Below are positions 8,905 to 18,362 of a stretch of 64,000 bases of DNA, piece after piece; position 1 is the stretch's first letter; each line of letters begins with the position of its first letter. The stretch spans positions 34,367 through 98,366 of the forward strand of contig CAZZBP010000002.1 in the NCBI GenBank assembly GCA_964652755.1, in the 5' to 3' direction. A program made the translations under genes and the position numbers. This DNA comes from an uncultured Dehalococcoidia bacterium (lineage in GTDB: Bacteria; Chloroflexota; Dehalococcoidia; Lucifugimonadales; UBA826). Under the pieces are notes generated by a model that worked only from the letters and a program-made list of their open reading frames with translations, was not told the DNA's origin and made no database searches.

Positions 8905-10194
8905 ATGGTAGAAGGCCGTAACGATGAAGATCACCACCATCACGATCGGGTGGAAAGCGTAGGAACTCATCACGGTATTAGAGGCAGAGGGAATTTTATT
9001 ATTGCCGGTCTTACAAGCGGACACGGCGTATTTCATTGGTTCCTGCAGTCGTTCATAGTACTACTTCCCGAGATTGAAACAGCATTTGCACTGACCAAGG
9101 TTGGGGTTGGGTCAATCTCAACTACTCGGGAGATGGTTTCTGGTCTGGTGACTTTACCCGGCGGGATATTAGCGGATGTATTCCGAAGGCACTGGGGGCT
9201 TATTCTCGCGCTCTGTATGGGTGGATTTGGGGTTGGGTGGTTCATAATTGGTTTAACCCCTGAATCATTCTTTCCTTTGCTACTTGTGGGAGTTGCAGTT
9301 GTAGCTGCGGCGGCTTCTTTGTGGCATCTTCCGGCAATGGCATCTCTCTCCCATCACTATTCGCATCGGAGAGGCACGGCCTTGTCATTTCATGGTATTG
9401 GAGGAAACATAGGTGATGCGGTCAGTCCGGTCATAACCGGACTCCTACTCGGTTACCTGTTATGGAACCAAATCTTAACCATCTATGCGGTGGTTCCTAT
9501 ATTCGTGGCATTTCTTGTCTACTGGGCCTTTAAAAATATTGGCCACGATGTCAGCCAAGGAAGTCACGATCTACGGGGAAGTAATCTCGGAAGATTGGAG
9601 CAAACGCGGACGATCTTAAGAAATCCGCTCCTGTGGGCCATAACACTGGTGGGAGGGATTCGGGGAATGGCCTTCGTCGCGTTGATCACATTTTTGCCTT
9701 CCTATTTAAGTAATGACCTAGGTTTGTCCGCGCTCGCTAGGAGTGTTCACTTAGGATTGTTGGTTGCGGTGGGAATAGTGTTTACACCGATGATGGGATA
9801 CTTGTCAGATAAGTACGGAAGAAGACTTATATTGGTTCCCGGAATGCTGTTCCTGGCAGGTATTGTCCTTTTAATGTCTCAATTTGGTGAGGGTGTATCC
9901 CTGATTGTTTTGATCGCCCTACTTGGGACTTTCTTTTATAGCGACCAGCCGATACTCACGGCTTCGGCTCTTGATGTCGTGGGTGAAGGCGTTGCAACTA
10001 CAACCCTTGGAACGCTTTCGTTTGCAAGATTTGCTCTAAGTGCTGCATCTCCAATATTAGCCGGATTTCTCTATCAAAATTACTCTATGAACTATGTTTT
10101 CTACTACGTGACTTTCTTAATGCTCCTTGGAGCTATTATTCTTGCATTTCTCCCTCTTGGACGCTCGGAAAGTCCCGCTGATCATGGGCACTAA
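8905..10194 (+). CDS. MFS transporter with a His-rich cytoplasmic N-terminus
   Basis: 429 aa with about 12 TM segments. A GAGG RBS lies 7 nt upstream of the ATG. The N-terminus reads MVEGRNDEDHHHHDRVESVGTHHG. Confidence 0.75.
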   Translation: MVEGRNDEDHHHHDRVESVGTHHGIRGRGNFIIAGLTSGHGVFHWFLQSFIVLLPEIETAFALTKVGVGSISTTREMVSGLVTLPGGILADVFRRHWGLILALCMGGFGVGWFIIGLTPESFFPLLLVGVAVVAAAASLWHLPAMASLSHHYSHRRGTALSFHGIGGNIGDAVSPVITGLLLGYLLWNQILTIYAVVPIFVAFLVYWAFKNIGHDVSQGSHDLRGSNLGRLEQTRTILRNPLLWAITLVGGIRGMAFVALITFLPSYLSNDLGLSALARSVHLGLLVAVGIVFTPMMGYLSDKYGRRLILVPGMLFLAGIVLLMSQFGEGVSLIVLIALLGTFFYSDQPILTASALDVVGEGVATTTLGTLSFARFALSAASPILAGFLYQNYSMNYVFYYVTFLMLLGAIILAFLPLGRSESPADHGH

Positions 10195-10383
10195 CTTCGG
10201 TGTATCGTGCTGGAATAAATTGGTTATCACAAGTGTTTAACAGTGAATATTTTCAGTTTAAGGAATGGGGTCGATTATAGTGTGATGTGACAATACGGAT
10301 AAGTGCTATTGTTGGGTTGTGTTTGTAGTCTCAACACCGATATATTCGAAATAGTTCAAACAAATTCTGACAACGTGTTTTAA

Positions 10384-10941
10384 ATGGAATTCATAAGCTA
10401 TCCTGTTAAGGTCCATTACCTTCAGACTACGTCTCGTGATCAAATCCGCCCGAAGCGTAGTGTTGATATGTCCGTGATTACCGTAAAAATTGACAGTCCT
10501 GAACCTGAGTTTGCTAGGTGGCTATATCGGACAGTTGGCAAGAATTGGTATTGGGTTGACCGCTACTTCTGGAGCCTCGATCAGTGGCGTGATCGATTTG
10601 AGGATTCGGCTGTCAGTCTGTGGGTAATGGAATGCGATTCAAAACCGGTGGGGTACTATGAATTTGAAGAGCAGCAAGGTGGGGATATTGAATTCTCATA
10701 CTTTGGGCTCTTGCCAAGTGCCATAGGAAAAGGACTTGGGGGGCACATGTTGGCGGATGGTCTTGAACGTGCCTTCGACTTGGGAGCTTTACGGCCCTGG
10801 GTGCATACTTGCAGTCTAGATCACCCTAATGCACTCTCAAGCTACCAGGCCGGTGGAATGGAACTGTACAAAAGCGAGCAGGACATTCAACTCATACCTA
10901 AAAGCTGGCCTATGCCTGGGTCTTTGTCTCGTGGACTATAG
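10384..10941 (+). CDS. GNAT-family N-acetyltransferase
   Basis: The acetyl-CoA binding signature ..LLPSAIGKGLGGHML.. (Q/R-x-x-G-x-G/A type) is present, followed by a C-terminal ..AL..Y...G.. region. Confidence 0.7.
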   Translation: MEFISYPVKVHYLQTTSRDQIRPKRSVDMSVITVKIDSPEPEFARWLYRTVGKNWYWVDRYFWSLDQWRDRFEDSAVSLWVMECDSKPVGYYEFEEQQGGDIEFSYFGLLPSAIGKGLGGHMLADGLERAFDLGALRPWVHTCSLDHPNALSSYQAGGMELYKSEQDIQLIPKSWPMPGSLSRGL

Positions 10942-10956
10942 ATTTAAAACGGTTGG

Positions 10957-11910
10957 TTAGCTGATTTTACGCAACTTGCTGAGGCTACGGAGTTCCCGAG
11001 GCGGTTCCATGTGGCTGCCCCGAATCGTGTATGAGACTTCTCCGACATAAATATCCCCATGGGAATCCACACCGATACCATGCGGTGCGATAAACTTGCC
11101 CGGCTCTTCTCCCTCTTCGGGATGGCCTATTCTAGCCAGTTTTTCTCCGGATGGACTCATGATACTTATGTTATGGCCGTGGTTTGGTGGAGTCGGCTCT
11201 GCTTGGGTCATACCTGGAAGTTCGCCAATATAGATGTTGTTGTCCGGTCCTATCGTTAATCCGTTAGGCATGAATATGTTGTTCCATACATCCAGAATGA
11301 CTCCATCCGTATCGAACACTTGGACTCTATGGGCTTCGCGATCTGCTACTATCACCCTATCGTTGTCATCTACTGCGATATTGTGAGGGCGTAGAAACTG
11401 ACCTGGTTCTATTCCTGGCTCACCCCACGACTTTATGTAGTCTCCGTTAGCCGAATATTTGTGGACACGGAAATTACCATATCCGTCCGTGATAAATATG
11501 TCGCCACTTTTCTTTGAAACTGCCGCATGTGTTGGGCGGTTGAATGGTTTGCCTTTCCATATCTCAGTCGCCTGCCCCGGAGTACCAATCGTCATAATCA
11601 GATCACCCCCCCGGGTGAACTTCGTGATAGTGTGGATACCATCATCCGCGCAATAGACTGTGTCGTCCGGGCCAATTAGTATTCCATGGGTGCGATTGCT
11701 GAATATACCTGCACCGAATCCTCGCTGAAAATTCCCATCCCTGTCAAAAACCATGATCGGATGGTCGGTATTGCGGCTGAATGCGTAAATCTCATCCTGA
11801 GAGTCTACTGCTATTCCGGGGGTTTCTATAAGGCTGGCTCCGTCCGGCAGGACAGGCCATGACTCTACCGCTTCATACTTGAAATCACCGGTTCCTACTG
11901 TGACTCCCAT
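10957..11910 (-). CDS. NHL-repeat beta-propeller protein (peptidyl-alpha-hydroxyglycine alpha-amidating lyase-like)
   Basis: There are six repeats of the ..P.GIAVD..G.IYV.D..N.R...F.. pattern (for example PHNIAVDDNDRVIVADREAHRVQVFD and PHGIGVDSHGDIYVGE). Confidence 0.75.
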   Translation of the reverse strand: MGVTVGTGDFKYEAVESWPVLPDGASLIETPGIAVDSQDEIYAFSRNTDHPIMVFDRDGNFQRGFGAGIFSNRTHGILIGPDDTVYCADDGIHTITKFTRGGDLIMTIGTPGQATEIWKGKPFNRPTHAAVSKKSGDIFITDGYGNFRVHKYSANGDYIKSWGEPGIEPGQFLRPHNIAVDDNDRVIVADREAHRVQVFDTDGVILDVWNNIFMPNGLTIGPDNNIYIGELPGMTQAEPTPPNHGHNISIMSPSGEKLARIGHPEEGEEPGKFIAPHGIGVDSHGDIYVGEVSYTIRGSHMEPPRELRSLSKLRKIS

Positions 11911-12027
11911 GATCTCCTCCCCAAGTGTTGGATTTATGTTTTCGCAGGGTTCGTTTACTTACTCTGAATGGAACATATCATCACCCTCCCAGCCGGTCAA
12001 TTGAGAAATTAGAGTTGACATTGCTAA

Positions 12028-12043
12028 TAGAACTTATGTTCTA
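12028..12043 (+). promoter_or_regulatory. LexA (SOS) box of the GAAC-N4-GTTC type, sitting in the promoter spacer upstream of imuB
   Basis: A perfect 16-nt palindrome TAGAACTTATGTTCTA lies 66 nt upstream of the imuB ATG. It is flanked by the -35-like TTGCTA (12021-12026; TTGACA also at 12015-12020) and the -10-like TACAAT (12045-12050). The box therefore fills the 18-nt spacer. Confidence 0.8.
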
Positions 12044-12108
12044 ATACAATGACTAAATCATAACGGAACGAATCATTTTCACAGGTCGAGTAAGACTTAA
12101 TAAAAGAC

Positions 12109-13656
12109 ATGAATATAGCTTGCTTGCTTATAACTCATCTGGGAATCAAAGATGAGCTGCGCCGCCACCCTGATCTTGTGGGTAGAAACATTATTCTATA
12201 TAGAGCAGATTCATGTGCTCGCTCTGCGAAAACTCTTGGCAGATCTATTAAGTCAGTGGTTTTCGATGTTTCAAGTGGAGTTAGTGGAATACCTGTTGGA
12301 ATGCCTCTCTCAGCTGCGTTGTCTAAGTCTCCTGACTCTATAGTTTTACAGGCTGATCTAGAAAGATACAGAAAAGTCTTTGCCAGAATCATATCTGATT
12401 TAAGGAGGATAGCCCCTGCAGTGCAAGGCGCGGGCTTAGGTAGGGTATATGTGGATATGACAGGGTTGGAGTATATGTATGGTGGAGAGGCAAAGGTGGT
12501 TACCCGTATGCTGGAAACTGCTCCTGCTCTTTTTCATCCTCGCGTTGGTATTGCAAAGGGTAAGTTTCCTGCATATGTAGCTGCTTTATCCAGCCATCCG
12601 GGGAGGGCGACGAAGATTCCAGATAATCCCACAGGAACGACGGATTTCCTAGCTTCATTCCCAGTGGATGTGCTGCCTGTGGAGTGGCAGATGATAATGG
12701 AATTTCATCGATTTGCCATTCATACAATGGGTGAACTTGCTGCGCAAGATTTGGGTAATCTACAGACTAGGTTTGGTCCTGTGGGCCGAAAATCATGGGA
12801 ACTGGCACGTGGAATAGATCCAGATCGTGTAATTGAATTGAAGAAAAATGATGTACTTGATGAGTATGTCACACTCCCGTTTGCCTCTGCTTCGAGGGAA
12901 GTGTTATTCACAGCAATTGATGCCCTTCTCCGAAGGGCATACACGCGTCCAGGACTGAAAGGCAAATATGCACTCAAGTTTTTACTAAAATGCACAGTTG
13001 TAGGCTCTACACCCTGGTCTCGGGAGATTGTGATAAATGAGGCTGCGCCTAGCGCTTCAGCAGCGTCTTTTTCTATTCGTAGTGTTCTTTCTGATATAGA
13101 ACTTCCTGGACTCATTGAAGATGTGGCTCTCAGTGTTTCTGGATTCATAGGTGAACATGGCATACAGGCTCGTGCATTTAAAGATGTGCGGGAGCAGATT
13201 CAGAATAGATTGAACAGGCTTGCTAAGGTAGACCGACATCTGCAGGCGAAAACTGGAGGCAAGAAATCACTCTACCGAGTTGTGGAGGTAGATCCTATTC
13301 ATCCCGTTCCAGAGATGCGTTTTGTACAAGTTTCAGTAGATCCATTGTCTGTTGAATCGGTACGTTCCATTAATATGCCAGAGGAGGTGGAGATCGGAGA
13401 GTCGAAGGGTATTCCAGTGTCTGTGGCTCTTCCAGGTAAGGGAAGTATTCCTATTCGGGCCCGGGCTGTAGACATGTGGAAGATTGACCTCTGGTGGATG
13501 CACAGGCCTGTCCGACGAGTTTACTACGTTCTAAAGCTTGATGGTTCTGGTCCCCTAACTGTGTTCAGAGATACTTTGGGAGAGAGAGGGCTGATCACTG
13601 AAGAACATAGAGAAACCCCTGTCACGGGACATCGTTGGTACCGACAGGATTATTAA
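12109..13656 (+). CDS. imuB: ImuB-like Y-family DNA polymerase homolog (probably catalytically inactive)
   Basis: It shows Y-family palm/fingers-like similarity (..VYVDMTG.., ..IA..KF.A..A.., HTMGELA helix-hairpin-helix). The N-terminus reads IACLLITHLGIK instead of the DMDAFY-type catalytic acidic motif. It lies immediately upstream of dnaE2 and is translationally coupled to it. Confidence 0.75.
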   Translation: MNIACLLITHLGIKDELRRHPDLVGRNIILYRADSCARSAKTLGRSIKSVVFDVSSGVSGIPVGMPLSAALSKSPDSIVLQADLERYRKVFARIISDLRRIAPAVQGAGLGRVYVDMTGLEYMYGGEAKVVTRMLETAPALFHPRVGIAKGKFPAYVAALSSHPGRATKIPDNPTGTTDFLASFPVDVLPVEWQMIMEFHRFAIHTMGELAAQDLGNLQTRFGPVGRKSWELARGIDPDRVIELKKNDVLDEYVTLPFASASREVLFTAIDALLRRAYTRPGLKGKYALKFLLKCTVVGSTPWSREIVINEAAPSASAASFSIRSVLSDIELPGLIEDVALSVSGFIGEHGIQARAFKDVREQIQNRLNRLAKVDRHLQAKTGGKKSLYRVVEVDPIHPVPEMRFVQVSVDPLSVESVRSINMPEEVEIGESKGIPVSVALPGKGSIPIRARAVDMWKIDLWWMHRPVRRVYYVLKLDGSGPLTVFRDTLGERGLITEEHRETPVTGHRWYRQDY

Positions 13657-16600
13657 TGTCTTTGCATATGTCTCATAGTAGCTATACTTCACCTTCCTAT
13701 GTAGAGCTTCATGCACATAGTTTCTACTCATTTGGTGAAGGAGCATCTCACACTTATGAACTGCTCGGCCGGGCAGCTGAACTGGGTTATTCGGCCATGG
13801 GTCTCACTGATCACAACATGTGTGGTTCACTCGAGTTTGCGCGTCAGGCGAAGAGCTTGGGGATACAGCCAATCACTGGTGGGGAACTCACTCTAATAGA
13901 TGGCTCACATGTCGTCATGCTGGCAGAGAATAGGCGGGGTTACTCAAATATATCTCGTCTGTTTACTTTGGCTAACAGCTGGGACCGCAAAGACCCCCGG
14001 CTTGATCCGAAATACTTATCTGAGTATTCGGAAGGTATTGTCCTTCTCACGGGATGCAGGTCTGGTACGGTGCCCAATCTCGTGTCACAAGGAAAAGTGG
14101 AGAAGGCTCGGGATACACTACGATGCTATGTCGACTGGTTCGGGGCGGACTCCGTTTTCGTTGAACTGAGTCGTAATTTGGTCTATGGCGATACTGAACG
14201 TATACGTACACTTACTTCCGTTGCATCAGATGTTGGACTTCCTGTCGTGGCGACAAACAACGCACACTACCATATCCCAGAGCGTCATCGCTTGCAGGAC
14301 GCGCTGGTGGCAGTAAGTCATAACTGTACTATTGATAAAGTTGTTCATTACCTTAAATACAACAGCGAATTTCACCTCAAGTCCAAAACACAGATGAAAT
14401 ACCTTTTTCGGCACAGTCAGGAGGCGTTAGAAAATACTTTAAAGATAGCTGACCGATGTACTTTCGACCTATCTTCTGACTTGGGCTATACACTTCCTTC
14501 CCCTGACGTTCCGGAAGGATATACTCCTCTGACATATCTGCGCAGACTCTGTTACGAAGCAGCGCAACGTCGCTACGGGACGATTAATGATTTAGTTGAG
14601 GCGCGATTAACAGAAGAACTCCGCCTGATTGAAAAGCATGGTCTGGCGGGATTCATGCTACTTTATCGTGAGATAGCTCTACTTGCACGTGAAATCATGG
14701 TTGAGATGGGGACTGTAAACCAGGAGGAACCCCTTGAGTGGCGTCCTCCCGGAAGGGGGCGTGGTTCTTCAGTAGCGATGCTTACTGGTTACCTAATCGG
14801 AATATCCCATGTTGATCCTCTTTTGTACGATCTCACGTTAGAAAGATTCCTGCCTGATGATTTGCGTGTTCTGCCGGATATCGATCTCGATTTTCCTCGT
14901 TCTCTGCGTGATTCACTCATTGCTCGTATACATCAACACTTCGGTGCAGAGTTTGCCGTTCTGACTGGAATGATCACTACATACCGAGCTAAGGGAGTTG
15001 TGGCGGATTTAGGTAAGGCTTTCGGTATTCCTGATGAAGATTTAAGAAGGTTATCTAAGCAAATACATCAACACGATGCATCACGTCTACGTGAGGAGAT
15101 GATGTCTTTACCTGAATTCTCCAATCGAGTGGATCTTCCAGGCTGGCGTGATCTACTTGAGCTAGCGCCCCAGTTAGAAGGGGCTCCTAAGGGTTTAGGG
15201 CAGCATGTAGGAGGAATGATTCTGAGTTCCTCCCCGATCCCAGACATGGTTCCATGTCGTGAGGGAGCTATTAAGGGTCGCAATATAATTGACTGGGATA
15301 AGGAAAGTGTGGGCTACGCCGGATTTGCCAAGATAGATATATTGTCTCTGCCAGTTCTTGACCAATTAGACGAAGCCATTTCTTTAGTTGAGAAGCGCAC
15401 GGATAAGTGTGTAGATCTGAGTCGTATTGATCCGGAGGATTCCAGGGTGTACGACATGATAAATCAAGGACATTCCCGCGGAGTTTTTTTACTCCAATCA
15501 CCCGCTCAACTGAAAATGGGCCAGCGGTTGATGTCTCGTAATCTACAGGATCTGGCTTATCAAGTTGCTTTAATAAGACCTGGTGTAGGTATTCAGGGAA
15601 GTGGCGTATCTGAATTCATAGAACGATACCGACACAACGTTAAGTGGGAGTACGATCATCCCCTTGAGAAACGTGCTTTAGAGCGTGGTTACGGTGTAAT
15701 CATCTGGCAAGAACAGGTCGTGCAGCTTATATCTGATGTATCCGGTATGAGCCAGGCGGATGCTGACGAGATGCGAAGGGCATTTGCCCGACATAACAAT
15801 GAGAAGGTAATTACTGCGTATTGGGAGCGGTTTCGTGAAGGTGCTGTTGATCGAGGTGTGGATGAACACATCGCACGAAAAATATTCGCTAAGATAAATG
15901 GACATTATATGTTTCCTGAGTCGCACTCACATGCATTTGCAGTATCTGCATACCAGGCTGCCTGGATGAAGAGGTACTATCCGTTAGAGTTCTTCGTCGG
16001 GCTCATGAATAACCAGCCCATGGGCTTTTATCCCATGGAAGCAATAAAGCAGGATGCTCGCCGATTCGGGGTGAAATTTCTTAACCCATGCGTCAATCTC
16101 AGCGGGTCTCAATGTGAAATTTTGGATAATTCCCTACTGATTGGCCTGGAATTTGTAAAGAATCTTGGCAAGCGATCTGCTCAATCTATTATCGAGGAGC
16201 GTTCTTCTCATGGTTTGTTCGTGTCAGTGGGTGACTTTGTCCGTAGAGTGTCTATAGGACTTGATGCTATTGAGACCCTCATATTAGCGGGGGCATTCGA
16301 CTTTATATCCCGTAACCGTAGGGTTGCACTGTGGGAGGCTGGAATCTATCCCCATCCGTTAAAAGGACAGCGGCCATTACCTATGGAAATGGATATCAGT
16401 GTGCCGGAGTTAAAGGGGTTCACTCCGTATGAGGAAATGTTAGGTGAATATCGCTCTATGGGTATATATCCTGCGGGGCTTATTATGCTGTTTGTCCGAA
16501 GCAATCTGCCTTGTGGTGTTTCTAGGGCGTCAGATATTTATTCTATGAACGATAAAGAACGGGTGTCTGTGGCCGGATGGGCAATAGCCAGACAACATCC

Positions 16601-16829
16601 AAGAGGCCAGCATGGGACTGTATTTGTGACCGTAGAAGATGAAACGGCAGACGTTCAACTAATTGTCTGGCCGCAAATATTCAATCGCTTTAAACACCTT
16701 CTCAAAGCTCCACTGCTGCTGGCACATGGGGCGGTATCACGTTGGGACGGTACTACAAATGTGATTGTTTCTAGTTTAGAAAGTATACGGTCAGAGACAA
16801 CCCTACCGGCGGTACACGACTGGCATTGA
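13656..16829 (+). CDS. dnaE2: Error-prone DNA polymerase III alpha-subunit paralog DnaE2
   Basis: It has the PHP domain YVELHAHSFYSFGEGAS..GLTDHN, the pol III alpha core and a C-terminal OB fold. At about 1057 aa it has DnaE2-like length. The ATG at 13656 overlaps the imuB TAA (TAATG). The ORF track start at 13635 is an in-frame GTG further upstream. Confidence 0.9.
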   Translation: MSLHMSHSSYTSPSYVELHAHSFYSFGEGASHTYELLGRAAELGYSAMGLTDHNMCGSLEFARQAKSLGIQPITGGELTLIDGSHVVMLAENRRGYSNISRLFTLANSWDRKDPRLDPKYLSEYSEGIVLLTGCRSGTVPNLVSQGKVEKARDTLRCYVDWFGADSVFVELSRNLVYGDTERIRTLTSVASDVGLPVVATNNAHYHIPERHRLQDALVAVSHNCTIDKVVHYLKYNSEFHLKSKTQMKYLFRHSQEALENTLKIADRCTFDLSSDLGYTLPSPDVPEGYTPLTYLRRLCYEAAQRRYGTINDLVEARLTEELRLIEKHGLAGFMLLYREIALLAREIMVEMGTVNQEEPLEWRPPGRGRGSSVAMLTGYLIGISHVDPLLYDLTLERFLPDDLRVLPDIDLDFPRSLRDSLIARIHQHFGAEFAVLTGMITTYRAKGVVADLGKAFGIPDEDLRRLSKQIHQHDASRLREEMMSLPEFSNRVDLPGWRDLLELAPQLEGAPKGLGQHVGGMILSSSPIPDMVPCREGAIKGRNIIDWDKESVGYAGFAKIDILSLPVLDQLDEAISLVEKRTDKCVDLSRIDPEDSRVYDMINQGHSRGVFLLQSPAQLKMGQRLMSRNLQDLAYQVALIRPGVGIQGSGVSEFIERYRHNVKWEYDHPLEKRALERGYGVIIWQEQVVQLISDVSGMSQADADEMRRAFARHNNEKVITAYWERFREGAVDRGVDEHIARKIFAKINGHYMFPESHSHAFAVSAYQAAWMKRYYPLEFFVGLMNNQPMGFYPMEAIKQDARRFGVKFLNPCVNLSGSQCEILDNSLLIGLEFVKNLGKRSAQSIIEERSSHGLFVSVGDFVRRVSIGLDAIETLILAGAFDFISRNRRVALWEAGIYPHPLKGQRPLPMEMDISVPELKGFTPYEEMLGEYRSMGIYPAGLIMLFVRSNLPCGVSRASDIYSMNDKERVSVAGWAIARQHPRGQHGTVFVTVEDETADVQLIVWPQIFNRFKHLLKAPLLLAHGAVSRWDGTTNVIVSSLESIRSETTLPAVHDWH

Positions 16830-16865
16830 AATATGCAGACCTCACTCAAATCTGTAGCGCTTTAT

Positions 16866-17489
16866 CTATCCTGTCGCCAAAAGCTCCCTGACTATGTTCC
16901 TCTCTAGCTCAAGGCCCAACATGGTAGTTAATTCAGTTCTACCATGGTCACCGACAGTGACAACAAAGGAAACTCCCAGCAGTCTACCAATTCGGAAATC
17001 AATAACTGTCGTTGACAATATTCCGTCTTCTCCATCTTGGACGGCGCGTATGCCGATCGCCCTATCATAGAAGTCGTCTATCTCAAGCTCTTCCACAGCG
17101 ACGATACTTTGGTTTTCACCAACTTCACTGCCGACGTTGTCTTTGAATTGTTTGACAAATACATCAGTCATCCAGGAAGCGGCACGACTTTCATCTTTAA
17201 ACAAGTGAACTACTGTTGCAGCGACTATGTCTGATCCGTCTTCGTGCCGCGGTATAGCTGATGGCGACGCAAACTCTCTTAGATAACCGGTGATTCGCCC
17301 CGCTTTTTCGTAGTTTTCTTCTGTATTCCCTGGGAAACCGTGGGATGCCATAGTTTTATTGTTGAGACTACTTTCACGCAGCAATGAAAACCCTGATAGT
17401 TCGTCGGGTAGGCCATTCAATCCGAGCGTCATGTTACTCAGAGATTGTTCGTTTATCTCATATGTTGCCTGCGCTATGGAGTTGGCCAT
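16866..17489 (-). CDS. Hypothetical protein (207 aa, no recognised domain)
   Basis: A long ORF with coding-like composition. I recognised no motif, signal peptide or TM segment. Confidence 0.45.
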   Translation of the reverse strand: MANSIAQATYEINEQSLSNMTLGLNGLPDELSGFSLLRESSLNNKTMASHGFPGNTEENYEKAGRITGYLREFASPSAIPRHEDGSDIVAATVVHLFKDESRAASWMTDVFVKQFKDNVGSEVGENQSIVAVEELEIDDFYDRAIGIRAVQDGEDGILSTTVIDFRIGRLLGVSFVVTVGDHGRTELTTMLGLELERNIVRELLATG

Positions 17490-17762
17490 GGAATCACTTC
17501 CTCGCTCCAGCAGTTTGATTGGTACATATATTCAGTATAAACCAGACTTATCCATATAGAACCAAACATGCCTTTGACTGAATGGCAACTTAGCAAGATG
17601 TGATGCAGTGAGTTTGCCTGAGATTGTGGAAGTAAGAAGTTCTTAAAATGGTAAAATCTGCTATCAAGGTTAACCCCAAGATCTCCATCGAAAGGACTGT
17701 ACCCTCTGCCAGCAAATTTATTTAAACATATTCATACATCAATTCTGGTCACAGCCGTACTG

Positions 17763-18362
17763 ATGATGCTAGTTGGTTCTATTGTAGGCTACAGTATCCA
17801 AAGAGAAGTTCTCATAGAGACGGTATCTGAATCTTACTTATCTAAACCAATCAAAAAGGAATTCGGATTGGCGGGCTCTTCCTCGGCTCCAGGTAGCACT
17901 GGAAAATCTCGCACTGGACACACAGCTTTCCTTGTGAAAACCCATCAAAGCCACCGCGTGATTGTGATAGGCGGAAAAAGTAATTCAGGGTTCGTTAGAG
18001 AAGTTGAGATTTATTTACCTGAATATGGCAGATGGAAGCTTAGAGCCGAGCTTCCATCTGCTAAATCTGGACATTTGTCGGCTGTTATCGCGGGCGAACG
18101 AATACTGCTGTCGGGAGAGGGAGATGAATCTGGTGTTTCAGCGATGTCCTACTTGTATGATCCCATGTCTGACATTTGGAGAGAAGCTTCGCATTTGAAA
18201 TCTGGTGAGGTCTATGTAACCGGCGGATTTCGACTGAATCCGGTTGACTCCATTGAGGTATATCGACGAGGAGAGGGTGGAGGGTCCACCGCAGAATCGG
18301 TGGTTAGTGATCAGAAGCTCAAGCTTCCGGATCTGTTTGCATCGCGAAGAGTGTCGTATTGA
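17763..18362 (+). CDS. Kelch-repeat-like protein, probably N-terminally membrane anchored
   Basis: It has two to three Kelch-like units (VIVIGGKSN..VREVEIYLPEYGRWK..P..KSGH; ..YLYDPMSDIWRE..; VYVTGGF..SIEVY). Upstream in-frame codons (ILVTAVLMMLVGSIVGYSI) look like a TM helix, so the true start may be a non-ATG codon upstream. The stop overlaps the next gene start (TTGA). Confidence 0.5.
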   Translation: MMLVGSIVGYSIQREVLIETVSESYLSKPIKKEFGLAGSSSAPGSTGKSRTGHTAFLVKTHQSHRVIVIGGKSNSGFVREVEIYLPEYGRWKLRAELPSAKSGHLSAVIAGERILLSGEGDESGVSAMSYLYDPMSDIWREASHLKSGEVYVTGGFRLNPVDSIEVYRRGEGGGSTAESVVSDQKLKLPDLFASRRVSY

